A stretch of 64,000 bases of DNA from Octopus bimaculoides (taxonomy: Eukaryota): the NCBI RefSeq assembly GCF_001194135.2, contig NC_068981.1, positions 11,999,672 through 12,063,671 on the forward strand. Reading direction: 5' to 3'. Shown here one piece after another: positions 1-13,065 of this stretch. The notes below the pieces were generated by a model. It had not been told where the DNA came from. It saw only the letters and a list, made by a program, of their open reading frames with translations, and did no database searches. Positions within the stretch are counted from its first letter, which is position 1, and each line of letters opens with the position of its first letter. A program made the translations under genes and the position numbers.

Positions 1-156
1 ATTCAAACTGACAGAAAGATAGACGCAAATAGGCCAGACATCATACTGAAAGACTTCAGACAAAAATCATGCCTCCTCATTGATATTACTGTCCCAATCG
101 ATATAAACGTATCTGTCAAGACCTACCAAAAACTGAGCAAATATAAAGATCTTGAA
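1..156 (+). mobile_element. R4/Dong-like non-LTR retrotransposon fragment, restriction-like endonuclease domain
   Basis: Frame +1 reads IQTDRKIDANRPDIILKDFRQKSCLLIDITVPIDINVSVKTYQKLSKYKDLE, matching the RPD...ID-x-P...K..KY RLE signature. It runs off the window start and similarity stops after DLE. Confidence 0.8.
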
Positions 157-252
157 AAATACCACTTACACAGTAAATACGTAATTTGAATAGTTACCTA
201 TACATGCAACTGTCCACGCATCTATGTACACACACGTTAATATTTATAAGCA

Positions 253-323
<71 letters not shown>
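253..323. repeat. (ACT)n microsatellite
   Basis: Uninterrupted ACT run read directly from the sequence. Confidence 0.95.
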
Positions 324-325
<2 letters not shown>

Positions 326-944
326 TAAGGCTGGTAATTATAATCCGTGATATATATCTACATATCAATGATGTGGCAGCAACCAATTAATATTCCACGT
401 TTCATACGCAACATTTTATAGATATTTCGTTGTTTGTGTTCGTCAAGGGTGATGAGCTGTAAATGAACTAATTATATATTTACAAATCGCGGAAATTCTG
501 GATTTGATTTAATCTACTAATTACAGTTATCGTAAAACATCTCTTCGAAAACTTATTTATCAGCTTATCTGTTCAACGACATATTAGAAATATTATAAGT
601 CTGGGTTGCAACAAAATAACAAGAACTGTAACACAAGTTCAACCAACACATTGATTTCCTACAAACAGGAATAAATACTGTGAATGAAACACAGCTATTT
701 GTAAATTAATTCCATTTAAGAAGTGTGGTATCTGTGGAAATTGGTAAGTGATTTTTTAACTTTTATTAACCTTATGTGGAAAAAATCGAATTACGTCTGT
801 ATGCATATATATATGTATGTATTTATTTATATATGTATGTATATAGGTAATGATATTTGTATATGATAGAGCGCTCAATTCCGTGTGAGATAATTGCCAT
901 TTAATGAATGAAGTTGATATAGACACACGCGAACAGAGTCATGT

Positions 945-946
<2 letters not shown>

Positions 947-986
<40 letters not shown>

Positions 987-1098
987 GCACACACACACAC
1001 ATGTGCACACACACGCAAACACAAGCAAACACGCACGCATAGATAGATAGATAAATATATAGATAGATACATACATACATACATACATACATAGATAA
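947..1098. repeat. Compound (CA)n/(GATA)n/(TACA)n microsatellite
   Basis: Read directly; it explains the VCVC/YLSI ORFs at 875-1158. Confidence 0.9.
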
Positions 1099-2559
1099 AT
1101 AGTTATAGTGATATTCATGTACATTTTTGTGTTTCTGAAGGATTTTTAGATCTTGCACGATGTGTTGTCGAAGCCCGTCCGATTACTGCAATATCTGAAC
1201 ATGAAACTTGCAGTAGTTCATGTGTAATTACTGTATTCAATGATACTGACATATTTTGATATTCATGTGGGTATTCACACGCGCCTCTATATGTGTGGTA
1301 ATACATATAGATCCATTCATCGACCCATGCAATCAGACTCACATAGAAATGGATTGTATGTGTTTATGTATATATTTCTGTGCGCTCGCAAGCCACCCAA
1401 AATAAATTCTCCTGCAATCAAAAGGTCACATTTCCCTTTCAAGGGCATGTTATTGATATCCAATTCTCTGTTTCATACACGTTTTTCAAGGGAAATTGTG
1501 TAAAATGTATCTGTAGTTTGAAGCTAGATGACGAAGTATAACCTTATTGCATACTATTATACGTTGAATAGGACATTAATTATGCATCTCTCTGCAGAAT
1601 CTAATCACACACTGTCATAATGAGAAGGTTTAGCAGGTAATTCTGAAATTTTATATACAGCTCTAAATAATTGTATTAGTTTTTTTCTTTTTTTTTTTAT
1701 TACTTACTCCTTAACATTGTTCTTGTCCCCGATTTTGTGATTGTATTTCTTCCACTTTGCTCTGGTCTTATTTACCTTTATTACTAAATATCCAAGGCTG
1801 AACAACATCTTAGCATGAATGTTCTTGGTCAGGGTTAACCGGATTTTAAAATGTAACTTATTAATAAAACCATTCTAATCATGGGATTATTGAATGGAGA
1901 CAAGATTCGTGACTTTTCCTGTCCTCACCAAACAAGACTTAGTAAATGTGATTCTGGACATTAGTTGAGGCTGGCCTGTACTGCGAGTATTGCATCATTA
2001 ATATGCTCACATATTTTTTCTACTATGTATATATTTTTAACTCAATACTTTGACCCATTCGTTTCTTACATTCACCTATGTATATATGTCCCCACAAATT
2101 GGAAACTGTAGTCGTAACATTTCCCTCATTTGATGACCTTTGTTCAATAAAATAAATTATATATTTGTAGTATTATTGTTCTTCTTCTTATTATTATTAA
2201 ACTGAAATGCGATAAGCTAATTGAGTTAGCATCATTCGCATTCAGTTCCTGAGTTACTTCTGATAATTTATCGTGAATCTCCTCAAGGTTAAGACGCAAT
2301 GCTCATAATTTAATCTAAACTGTTAAACCGTTAGCAAATATAAATTGAAGAAAATCAGCAGAGATGTTATGGTTTATATAAAGCAAGACTTTATAAAGGT
2401 ATTGCTTCGTCCTATCAGTTGGATGTTTATATCACAATACATAATTCTGCATCTCTGTCTGAGAAACTCTCTTATATGATTTGGGACTTCGTATAGGATA
2501 TACCATTTTTAATCATTAATAATGATTTGTTATTTATGCTCAATGTTAAACAATTTTGA

Positions 2560-2735
2560 ATGGAGAAGCTTTGACCGATATCATCGATCTACGTACTTGA
2601 CTGGTATTTCTTTTTCATCATCCTTGGAGAACGAAACTAAAGTTGACCTTGGCCAGATTTGAATTCAGAAAGTGCAAGAACAAACACTGCAAACATTTAT
2701 TCCAATGCCCTAACGCTTCTGCCATTCTATTGCCC
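2560..2735 (-). mobile_element. Diverged SINE copy
   Basis: ctggtatttc...aaagttgaccttggccagatttgaattcagaa matches the family core ctggtacttaatttat...gcaaagtcgacctcggcggaatttgaactcagaac seen in the better-preserved copy at 33035-33252. Confidence 0.7.
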
Positions 2736-2744
2736 TTATTTAAT

Positions 2745-2947
2745 TCTTAATAATAGTCTCAAACTTTGGCACAACGGCAGGAATTGAGGAAGGTTTTAGT
2801 ACGTAACTGGTAATTTATTTTATCGGCAATGAAATGATAAGCGGTAAAGGTGACCTCGCTAGCGTTCGAAATCAGAATGTAAAGTGCAAGTACAAACACC
2901 ACATCAATTTATTCTTATGTCCTAACAATTTTGCTAGTCCACCGCCA
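2745..2947 (-). mobile_element. Diverged SINE copy, tandem to the previous one
   Basis: gtacgtaactggtaatttatttt...ggtaaaggtgacctcgctagcgttcgaaatcagaatgt, same family core. Confidence 0.7.
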
Positions 2948-4774
2948 TTATTAATCACGAATAGTATACATTCTTTTCAAATAGTAAAATATTACCTTAT
3001 AGTAATACTACCCAGGAATTTTGATTTATAAAAATCAAATAGTAAAATTAGACATAAAATAAACTTTACAAAAATCCGAAAGCGTAGTTGGCAAATGCCG
3101 ACTACTGTAATGTGAGCAAACGTAAGAAAGTACTGTAAAACATTTTTGCAAAAAGTCCGACTTAATTGCCAATGTGCTACCAGGCACAAATTATTAATAG
3201 AAGCTTTGTGCTCATCTAACAAGGCTAAATATTTTGGAGTTTTAAGGAAAGGGAATTTCATCTACCACAGCATACTAACAAAATCTTATAAACCGAATTT
3301 AGGTGGTTGAAATATAAAAAAAAAACATTAGAAAGAATTGTGCTACTTACGGAGTGTTGTTAAGAAGTGGCGTTTGCAGATACAAGCTCCGGTTTCGAAT
3401 CTAATGCGAATTAGTACTTTGCTATTGGAATTTCAAAGGCTTAATAAGGGCCAGCAGTTTGTGTGAGTTTACCTTTTGACGATGCTTTAAACTTACGATA
3501 AAACGAACGCCGGTGGATTTCTCCGATCATTTGCAGACTTATAGGCCCTCCCTTGAAATTGACGCTATTGGAAATTCATCTAATAATTGTTCCACCAAAA
3601 ATGAGTAAACAAAAGTGGAATAAAATATTTTTTTTCATCAAGGCATTTAGGAAAATATTCTTTCATTGGCACATCTTTAGAGTAGCCTAAGGAATTCAGA
3701 GAAAATGTACATGTTATCTTGATAACAATATAATAAATAAATGGTTGAACTATGAGTTGAGGCAGACTAATATTAAAAAATTATTGCAGCAATGAAGATA
3801 ACTTCGAAACAAATTTTTAAATATTCATAACTTTTCTACGTTTAAAAGGTCAAACGTAAATCCTATCGAATAAAAAAATAAAATATTATCGCACAGCTTG
3901 ACAATACATTTTTGTCATTACCATTGTCGTTAAGAGATGTGATACTGAAAGCAACACAATTCTTAAAGCATAAACCAAGAAAATCAATAATTTGTTAAAG
4001 ATAAAATAGTGAATTTTAGGTCATCAAGTTGATATTGTAGTGATTCCTTTTGTTACAACTAAGTATGATATAGTCAGTCAAAATGACATGTGTAGCGGCA
4101 AACACATTGTGTGTGTGGCTGGAAAGATTATTTGGCAACGACAGCGTTTCGAGTTCGATGCTACTATGCTGAAAATTAATCACTTGCCTTCAAGGCCCGC
4201 TTAGTTAAATTTAATAATTCAATGGAAGTCAGCCGTATGTCAATCTATCGATGTATCTATTTACAAGATTAGATACGTATATATAAACGTTTACATACGT
4301 TTATGTATATATTATCTATGTATGTACATATAAAGTATATGTATGTATCTACACATGCATATTTATGTGTATGTGTGTTTAGATATGTGTGCATATGTGT
4401 CTGTGTGTCGACGAAGCCGAAGTTTCAATTTATCTTTCAATCATTCCTTTGCAAAAATGACATATATATGTATATACATGTTTCTGTTTTTCTGTCCGAC
4501 GGTGGAACACGGTGACGGTTTAAGTCACTTCCTGTAAAGATATTAACTTGGACATACAACAAATGGACGTAAGCATAACATGTACCAAAGAGAAATAATT
4601 GGTGGTGTTTATATTATCGCTGCTTAATTGTGACCAGAGTGATCAAGGTGCGGTTAAGCAGCAGGGAAACCAAGTGTGGTGCGCATCTTACCAAAAATTC
4701 CACGTTGGAAAATGGAATAATATTCCATCAAATACATTTAGAATTACATTTTAACGTTAAACATATCGAAGACA

Positions 4775-5165
4775 GCGTTCTACTAGAATCGCTAGCACCC
4801 TTGGCAAAATGCTTTCCGGCATTTCGTTCGTACTTATCTTCTGAGTTCAAATTTTGCAGAGGTAGAATATGCTTTTCATGCTTTCAAGAGCTAGAAACTA
4901 TGTATCAATGACTTCAATACACACAATGCACCGGTCATTGCCGCCTACTTGAACAATATTGCTTCAAATATCGCATGATGCAACTGACGCAATCACACAT
5001 CCCCACGACAAGCTGTAACATCAAAGTCCTTATAATACTTACAGCACTTGCAGAAAATATTTTCAAGTCATTGATAAATACTTTCTAGCTCTTGAAACGC
5101 GCTCGGGTAATCAATCTACCTCTTCCGCGAAATTCCTGACATTGTGCCAAAATTTGAAGTCACGT
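4775..5165 (+). mobile_element. Diverged SINE interrupted by an inverted-repeat-bounded segment
   Basis: 5' part ttctgagttcaaattttgcagaggtagaatatgcttttcat (to about 4881) and 3' part gtaatcaatct...ttgtgccaaaatttgaa (5098-5165) flank the 4882-5097 structure. Confidence 0.65.
4882..5097. repeat. 33-bp inverted repeat pair enclosing 150 bp
   Basis: 4882-4914 tttcaagagctagaaactatgtatcaatgactt versus 5065-5097 aagtcattgataaatactttctagctcttgaaa; 2 mismatches after reverse complementation. Confidence 0.85.
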
Positions 5166-5382
5166 TAAATACTATATACAACATAGATGCATAAACACAC
5201 ACATACACACACACATACACTGAATCGGGTAAAGGAATTCGAGAAGTGTGTGACTGTAATATATTTTAATGTCATTGCGTCAGAGATAAATTTCTTGGAT
5301 GCACTTTGTGCACAGTCTGTCTTTGTCATGTGTTCTGGTAGTGGGCAGCTGCACCATATCGAGATTTTAGGACGTTACAGGT

Positions 5383-6200
5383 TCAACACCGTATATGCCC
5401 TCCCGGGTGTTCAAAACGGTCATGCACCGTATGTATGTACATGGAGTACATGAAACGGTTCACAAAAGCCATTGGCACCTGTGCCCACATCCTGAGGAAA
5501 GCCGCCTCTAGTTCCACATGAGCTATCGGCCTTGAGACCATGTGATTCAACCATCTCTGGATTTCATCCTAAGGGTGAACAATTGGGTTCAAATCCGGGC
5601 TGAGAGCCCGGTACTGACGTTGGGCTAACTCAGGTAGTCCATGCTGACTATTGCCGTGTGGAGCATTGTCTCTGTTCTGCTGGAACATGTGGCTATGGTG
5701 ACGCCCGAAGAAGGGCATGGTGTGAGATCATAGGATCTGGTCAACGTATCACTGCACTATGATGCCATTCCCTCGGCTTGCACCAACAGTTTGGAACACA
5801 TGGGGCCGAAGTCTTTGATTAAGACCTATGACACCCCAAACCATGAAGCTTCGGTCACCCCCACGCGTCTCTCTCGATAACCCATGCATCTCTGTAGCGT
5901 TCACCTCTCTTACGCCACAACCTCGCTCTGCCATCGCAGGTGGAAACGCAGTACCGGCTCTCGTTAGAAAAGACTATCGGCCTCTATTTTTGATGCCGCC
6001 AATGTCGGTGCTGTGTAGGCCACTGTAGTCTTGCCTTACGGTGGCGAGTGATGAGGACAGGCCCTCGAGCAAGAAGACGTCAACGAATGCTAGCGAAGTG
6101 ACCTTTAACGCTTCTACACTATCTGTATGTTGAGTCCCTCCCTGCAGACTGCGTGTCGTATCGCTGAACTCCACACACGTTCACACGCACGCACATCGGC
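5383..6200 (-). pseudogene. Tc1-family DDE transposase pseudogene
   Basis: Frameshifted minus-strand translation: LITRHRKARLQW...IVFSNESRYCVSTCDGRARLWRKRGERY, SFMVWGVIG, MFQQNRDNAPH, ALSPDLNPIVHP*DEIQRWL...W..VP...GGHIRC*. These correspond to Tc1 motifs FSDESRF, VMVWG, QQDNA-H and SPDLNPIEHLW; several stops. Confidence 0.9.
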
Positions 6201-6379
6201 AACATTCGTCAATTTCTTGAAATGGGGTCATACCCCGAAATATTGAATACAAGGTAAGTCTACAGTAATTCACATATTTGTTTTCTTGTGATCTACTTTG
6301 CATTTACTTCGCGTTGTTTTGGCCTTACCCACGATCTTTTATACAATATATTCTACACAATGCTTCATAGTTATTATCC

Positions 6380-6848
6380 CACGCTGTGTGGTAAGTAGCT
6401 TGCTTACGAACCACATGGTTCCGGGTTCAGCCCCACTGCGTGGCACCTTGGGCCAGTGTCTTCTACTATTGCCTCTGGTCGACCAAAGCCTTGTGAGTGG
6501 ATTTGGTAGACGGAAACTGAAAGAAGCCCGTCGTATATATGTATATATATNNNNNNNNNNNNNNNNNNNNNNNNNNNNNNNNNNNNNNNNNNNNNNNNNN
6601 NNNNNNNNNNNNATATATATGTATGTATGTGTGTTTGTGTGTCTGTGTTTATCCCCCCACCATCGCTTGACAACCGATGCTGGTGTGTTTACGTCTCGGT
6701 AACTTAGCTGTTCGGCAAAAAGAGACCGATAGAATAAGTGCTAGGTTTACAAAGAATGAGTCCTGGGGTCGATTTGGTCGATTAAAGGCGGTGCTCCAGC
6801 ATGGCCGCAGTCAAATGACTGAAACAAGTAAAAGAGTAAAGAGTAAAC
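6380..6848 (+). mobile_element. tRNA-derived SINE with internal (TA)/(TG) microsatellite and an N-gap
   Basis: Head gtgtggtaagtagcttgcttacgaaccacatggttccgggttcagccccactgcgtggcacc with B-box-like ggttcagccc, an internal microsatellite, and a 3' gaaacaagtaaaagagtaaaagagtaaa repeated tail. Confidence 0.85.
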
Positions 6849-8288
6849 AGTATATATATATATATATATATATGCATAGAGTGGTTGAGTGAGATACGCA
6901 GTAAAGCTGGGAGAAGGAGTAATCTATAATGTTATACGTATTCATTGCATATATAAATACTTATATACGATCATAGCTATATGTACATAGACACACAGAA
7001 GCACTGAAATCATACACAAGCGGAAAGGTGTGACAACACGTATATCATCAGCAATTTAATAAATTGGAAACAATCCCAAAGTCGTCTTCAGACTGACGAA
7101 TATATTATTTTATAAATCTAATGCGCTAGCTTTTATTTCCATAATTGTATTGATGGATAGGATGGTGTGAAGGAATTATTAGACAAAGTTTTATTGTTAA
7201 TTAGCTTATTAAACAGTCATCAGCTGAAAGTATGCTGATTTATCAATATGGCGTGAGTTGTATGAATATGTTTACAGCTTATTTATTCTATATTCAATGT
7301 AGAATTCACAACAAGCTCAATTAAGGATGTTAGTGTTGAACATTTGCAAATATGCATGTATTTACATTCATATTGTCTTCGGTGAATTACATACATATAT
7401 GTAATAATTAAGATACATTGCTAAATACGCTGAAGTAATGAAAGAAATGTGCTATGTTATCAATATGTAATAGTTCTTAATATATTATGATGATGCAGTT
7501 CGTATATACAAATTATTCTAAATATTACATAAAGTTAAGACTCTTCGAGAAATTGTATCTTCTACAAAGATATATGTAGATGTATCAACATATTTATCTC
7601 TCTAGTTCAATTCCACACATACTATTTGTCGGTGTGATCTGTGTGTGTGCGTTGTGCGTGTGTATGTGTGCCTGTGTTTTTATGGTATATAAGTATAGAC
7701 AGATGTCTTAAGGTCACGTCCTCAAAGGAGCTGCCGGCAACTTGTCAACAAGCGGCAATATAGTGTATCAGAAACATTAGTTCAATGTCTTTGGCAGGCT
7801 ATGATGGAGATTTGTCTCGTGTCTGTAGATGTGTAGTCGTTCAGTGGATTTTATTGTCACAGTAGTGGAAGCGAAAAAATTTGAATGTGTTGGGTTAGAA
7901 TGAAACGTGTGCAGACTGTAGTCTATATGGGCCGCAAGGATTAAATAATCTACGCATGTGTGGAAGAAGACAGGCCCTCAAAATTAAAAAAAAAGAAGTG
8001 TCGTTTGCCAGTAGCATGGAGTTTAGTAATACTGCTAGCGCTGGTGATATGAATACGATAATTCAGTCCGCCAATTGATGGATATTGCAAATTGGTATAT
8101 TATATATAGTCTCTCCGGAGACAAGGATGGCAACTGGAAGTTCAAAGTGAGATCTCTCTTCATGATATTCCACTTGGTTTGGGGAAAGTAGTTCTGATGT
8201 CCTCCGATGCCATCGGATAGCATGAAGGTGGCTCTATAGACTACAGCCTTTGAAAGGCAAAATCCTTTCAAGTAGCAGCAGGAAGCAT

Positions 8289-8440
8289 TTTGATGTTACA
8301 GCTTGTCGTGGAGATGTGTGATTGCGTCAAATGCATCATGCGATATTTGAAGCAATGTTGTTCAAGTAGGCGTCAATGACCGTTACATTGTGTGTATTGA
8401 AGTGTTTATAATACTTACAGCACCTGCAGAAAATGTTTTC
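8289..8440. repeat. Second copy of the sequence inside the 4882-5097 element
   Basis: 8289-8403 is the reverse complement of 4911-5025, whereas 8406-8440 (ttataatacttacagcacctgcagaaaatgttttc) matches 5030-5064 in direct orientation. Confidence 0.85.
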
Positions 8441-8851
8441 CTGCAAAAGCATCTGTAATGCATGATTTATAGCCTTTTAGCATGTCTTTCCGATGGGAAC
8501 CATTCTAGCCTGTTCGAGTGTTCATGTTCATCTCACCAATGGACGGAATTATCTCCCCGTCTTTTACTTCGATGAACAAAATTTTGTTCCCTATTCCATA
8601 TATCCTACTGGGGAACTGTATGATGTATGCAAATCCAGAAACTTGCACTTTAAAACGATGATGTATGTGCATGTATAGTTGCTAAATTGTAAGGTTCTTT
8701 TGGACGTTGAGTGGTGAGGAATTAGTTACGAATTTCCCGTTCGTTCAGCTTTTACTTTTGCTGAGTTCTTGCTAAATCTTTGAAACATTATTTACTTAAA
8801 ACTACACACTCATTATTTTTCTTTTTTTTACCTATTTATAGAATATTCATG

Positions 8852-8900
<49 letters not shown>

Positions 8901-9589
8901 GTGTGCGGCGTCTATTTCTGTCTCTTCCTCTTTATTTGCCTCTTTCTTTACATTCCTCCCTCTCTCGTTCTTCTTCTTTCCCTCGCTGCTATTTTCTGCT
9001 GTTGCTTCTGTCTCCCTCTGGCTTCCACAACTGTTTCTCTCTCCTCCCACTACCACGTAACCCATGACCATCTAAAACCCTCTCATCCTTTTGTTGTTTT
9101 GCCATTACCAGGTCGGTCGCACTTCAAGCATTTTTTTCCTACAAGGCTTGTTTACTTCTTCCTTCATTCTGACTTTCTATCTCCTTCTCTTTCGTCTCTA
9201 GTCCTACTGGACAGTTTCAGTTCCTTTGCCACTCCCACAACTCATCTGTGTGGCAGCGGCACGGCTTTTTTGTTGGTTTAACTTGATTTGATTTGATCTA
9301 GCTTCACGCTAATGAGATGTGACCATATAATTAGTGTAATTACATTTTTCTCTCGTGTTTGTTGTCGTCATTGTCCTGTACGTTCGTTAGATATTCCCGA
9401 ATGGCTTTTCCCACTGGTCCCTCTAAAAGTGAACAATATCAACAATGAAAGGAGCGAGATTGTAAAGATTTTCGGAGATTGACAGAAGAGGCATTAACTA
9501 CGAATTTTCCAGTTGTTAATATCTAATTAAATTTTCCCGTTGCTGTGAAATCTTTAGAATATATACATATATATTCCAACGATGGAGAG

Positions 9590-9890
9590 ATGTAATTAAT
9601 ATTGAGTTCACATTTTGGCGAATGGTCAGGCATTCCGAATACGAGTTAATTCGATTACACCGACCCAGATGCAGAATACTGTTGCTAGACATAGGTCCTC
9701 CACCAGTAACCCTCTTGACCCAGGGCAGCACTACATCCTCCAAGCATTTGATATAGTCATTCATGTTGAGTGTGAGGCTGTGTGGGAAGATGAATGGAGG
9801 CATGACGTCCCCATCACTTGTGATCACTCCAAACTCCATGATGTTGACAGGATGTTTGATTTTTATCACTCTGGGTACATGTCCTCAAAT
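9590..9890 (-). pseudogene. mariner/Tc1-superfamily transposase fragment (catalytic region)
   Basis: VPRVIKIKHPVNIMEFGVITSDGDVMPPFIFPHSLTLNMNDYIKCLEDVVLPWVKRVTGG resembles KTKHP-x-x-MV-G-V-SDG-VMPP...Y...L..VV.PW transposases; decayed downstream. Confidence 0.8.
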
Positions 9891-9939
9891 TGCACTGTCC
9901 TCCGATTGACACTTAAACACACTGAAATGTATATATATC

Positions 9940-9985
<46 letters not shown>

Positions 9986-10590
9986 ACACACATATATATA
10001 TATGTTCAAAATTCAAATAAGTTATTACTATCTTAAAAAAAAAGAAATAATGATAAATTTTTCAGCTAACATAATCCAAATAGGCAAAATATATATTAAA
10101 AGTCCGGGCACAATATGTATCTGTTTGGAAGAAAGAAGATTTAAAACTCTCCGAAACCATGCATCTCTCGCCATTAGTAAGGTCGCGCGAGAATATAGCA
10201 AATGTAATTAGAAATAGTCTTCCTCTTTATAAAACTACAAATAAGGGAGTAGAAATTCTAGTTTCAACAGTTGCAATGTTTCATAAAAATAAAATGAATT
10301 GCAATTGCTCCTAAAATTCACTAGGGTGTTAAGAAACACTTGCATTGCTAGAAATAAGAGCTATAATTCTCTAATACTGTAGTTAATGCACTCGAATGAA
10401 AACATATACACTACCATATACGTATACATGGGAAGAGATACAAACTAGAATGCTGTAAGGCTGTAGTTAACGCACATGAATTGTTTATATAAATTTTATG
10501 TATCCACATTAGCGAATCACTAAATGATCCATTAATTTCGATGCCGAAAACATATACTAACAGAGAACAGAGAAGCAAGCCGAAGAAAAG

Positions 10591-10661
10591 CGAGATCAAG
10601 TGTGCTTAACTGATGAGGCAACGGAAATAGCCGAAGCTAACGGCTGTATTAAGAAATCCCG
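10591..10661 (+). ncRNA. Type I hammerhead ribozyme motif, array A copy 1 (A15.1 to G variant)
   Basis: Stem I cttaa(10605-09)/ttaag(10649-53); core CTGATGA 10610-16; stem II ggc..gcc; GAAG in place of GAAA at 10633-36; C-G pair then GTA triplet 10646-48; distal stem cgagat/atcccg. Confidence 0.65.
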
Positions 10662-10943
10662 AACAGTATTTTTCAGACAATTCAGATCACTGATAGGGTA
10701 TATATTTTCATTCATGTGCGTTAACTGCAGCATTAGAGTATTTTCGCTCGTAACTCGCGCAATGGAGGTGTTTCTTAACACTCTAGTCACATTTAGTGAC
10801 ACTTGTGTTTCGACTTTTTGGTGAAAAACTGGAACCTGCTGTTTATAGTAATATAATGTATACACATTAGCGAATCCTGAAATCATTCAGTAATTTGGAT
10901 GACGAAAACATATATACTAATAGAGAAGCAAACCGGAGAAAGC

Positions 10944-11010
10944 CGAGGTCGAGCGGGCTTAACTGATGAGGCAAGGGAAATTGTCGAAACGTGAGTACTA
11001 AGAATTCTCG
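10944..11010 (+). ncRNA. Minimal type I hammerhead ribozyme, array A copy 2
   Basis: cttaa CTGATGA ggcaa gggaaa ttgtc GAAAC gtga GTA ctaag: complete conserved core, 5-bp stem II, 2-bp stem III with 4-nt loop, predicted cleavage after A10997. One mismatch at the innermost stem I pair (a10962/c10998); distal stem cgagg/tctcg. Confidence 0.8.
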
Positions 11011-11132
11011 ATCGGCTTTTTTTAACGATTCAGGACCCTGTAAGTGCTTAACAACAATTTTAGCTAGTATTTCTAGCGATGTAGGTGTTTCTACACACCC
11101 TAGTCACATTTAGTGACAATTATATATATACA

Positions 11133-11171
<39 letters not shown>

Positions 11172-11302
11172 GGAGAGAGAGACAGCGAGAGAAAGAGAAG
11201 GAAGGAGAGAAACAGAGAATTTGATGTTAATGCCATATTCATCTGCACATCATATTTCTACCTTTTTCTCAATTTCTAGTGTGTGTGCGTGTGAGTGTGT
11301 GT

Positions 11303-11338
<36 letters not shown>

Positions 11339-13065
11339 ATGCACAAGCATATGCAATTATACTCGCTGTCGATGCGCGCGGGTGTGTGCGTATCTGAATT
11401 TCTTTGTATTGCTTTAAAAAATGTTTAAATTCTTATTTGAATGTAAATCTCAGAATCAAAACTATTCGCTATTGCACAGCCTATGAATAATTTAAATGAA
11501 TTCAAACATCTAGTTACTGATTTCAATTGTTTTTCCTCTCTAAAACAACGCTTTTTGAAAAAGTAATACTTTTCGTATGTCAGTGATATTCAATGATATA
11601 AGTCTACACAGGTCATCTACTAAATTAGGGATTCTTGTCCTTGGTGAGTAAAGTATATTTTGCCTTTCTTTTTAAGACGTTTTTAGATAGACTGGGATAG
11701 ACACAATGGGTAGATGCACTGAGCATGATACTGAAAGCTGAAGAATAAACCAAGGACTCGATTTCTTGGTGAAAGATATTCTCAATGGAAGGTGAAGTAA
11801 ATAATGATATTTTTGGTTAAACAAATGGAAACGTAATCCGCCAGTTCTTCCTGCACTTGTGTGGTTAATTCATCGCTCACTATTCATCTCGAAACAATGA
11901 ATGACTTGTTGGGAACACTAACCTTCAACTCATACAAAATACATACGTAACAAAGAATCAAACATGGGAGCAGTATATGATCGCTAAATACTATGCGTTG
12001 TTATAAAAAGATGCGAATGATTGCGTGTCTGCATTTAAAAACTTTAAATAATAAACAGTATTAAAGATCTACCATAAATATCAAACGATACTTTATTAAA
12101 AGAACACAATATTTTTGTCGAATTTTGATGTATTAGGCAGAGATTTCTTCTGTTATATGCTTTTATGAAACATATTTTATTTGCTGGGCTTTGTTATGGC
12201 TTCCTTTAAGGAAATAAACAACTTTTATGTATTCATCTTTTAGAAACAAGTGTTTCATTCCAATGCTGAATTTCAGTTTCCTAGGAAAGTAGTATATTGA
12301 CAATTCAATGCATTTCGATAGTTGAAATTTCTATCTTCCATATAGTATTGAGAAACGTAAACTAACACTGAAAGATCTACTTCAGATTTTCAAGGATTTT
12401 AGATTAAAGTTCACTAAAAATCAAGTTGTATCTAGTAATTCTTGGTGTTTACAGCGCAAATAACTTTAACATTCCCCTTGATACCTGAATTACTTCGTGT
12501 TATTGATGTAAGTCTTTCTCCTTGACGGAGGCACAAGAAAGTTATACATGAGTTTGTATGTACATGCTCGTGATTTCTAGTGTTTGTGCGCGTGACTGCT
12601 TGTATTTGCATGCTCCTATCTGGCCGGGAATTTGGAATATATCACGAATTCCATGCAGAATCCAACTCAGAATTTCAAGCAAATCATAAACAGCAAATCA
12701 CAATTCTCACATTACTGCGAAGCAAGGGAATCCACTGAAAACCTTTCACTGCACTCTTACTAGAGATAAAAAATTATCCAGTTTATTCAATACAATCTAA
12801 ACATGTTTGTAAACAAGACTGATACATGGTAATATGTATTATGCTTCTATTAATTGTTCAAGGTACTTATGTTATTGGTGAATTGGTCCTTGATGTTCTT
12901 ATCGCTTTTCAACGTATAGCGATTGTTAGGTAAATACGAAGTTGCTAATTATTTTGCTAAATTTATTTCCACAGAAATTTTAGTCAGCACTGATTTTTTT
13001 GCTACAACGTTTCATGTCCAGACGACAGATGTAAATGAACAATGAGATCGGAGACAAAAATGAGT

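Larger units (their letters stand above)
10311..11118 (+). repeat. Hammerhead-containing repeat array A: inverted partial copy plus two tandem units of about 350 bp
   Basis: Units start tgtat(c/a)cacattagcgaatc at 10499 and 10857 and both end ctagtcacatttagtgaca (10801, 11118). 10311-10411 is an inverted, moderately diverged copy of 10696-10796. Confidence 0.85.

Noticed and set aside
875-1158. ORFs rich in VC/YI/HT dipeptides (also at 16.5-22.9 kb, 50 kb, 55 kb, 57-60 kb)
   Set aside because: They are translations of (CA)n/(TA)n microsatellites or run through N-gaps; not coding.
7180-7225. Minus-strand CTGATGA ... AAAAC TTT GTC
   Set aside because: G12 is missing and there is no stem I or convincing stem II.
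11738-11790. CTGAAGA followed by an 8-bp hairpin and GAAA..CTC
   Set aside because: Four extra nucleotides lie between core and stem II, and stem I does not pair.
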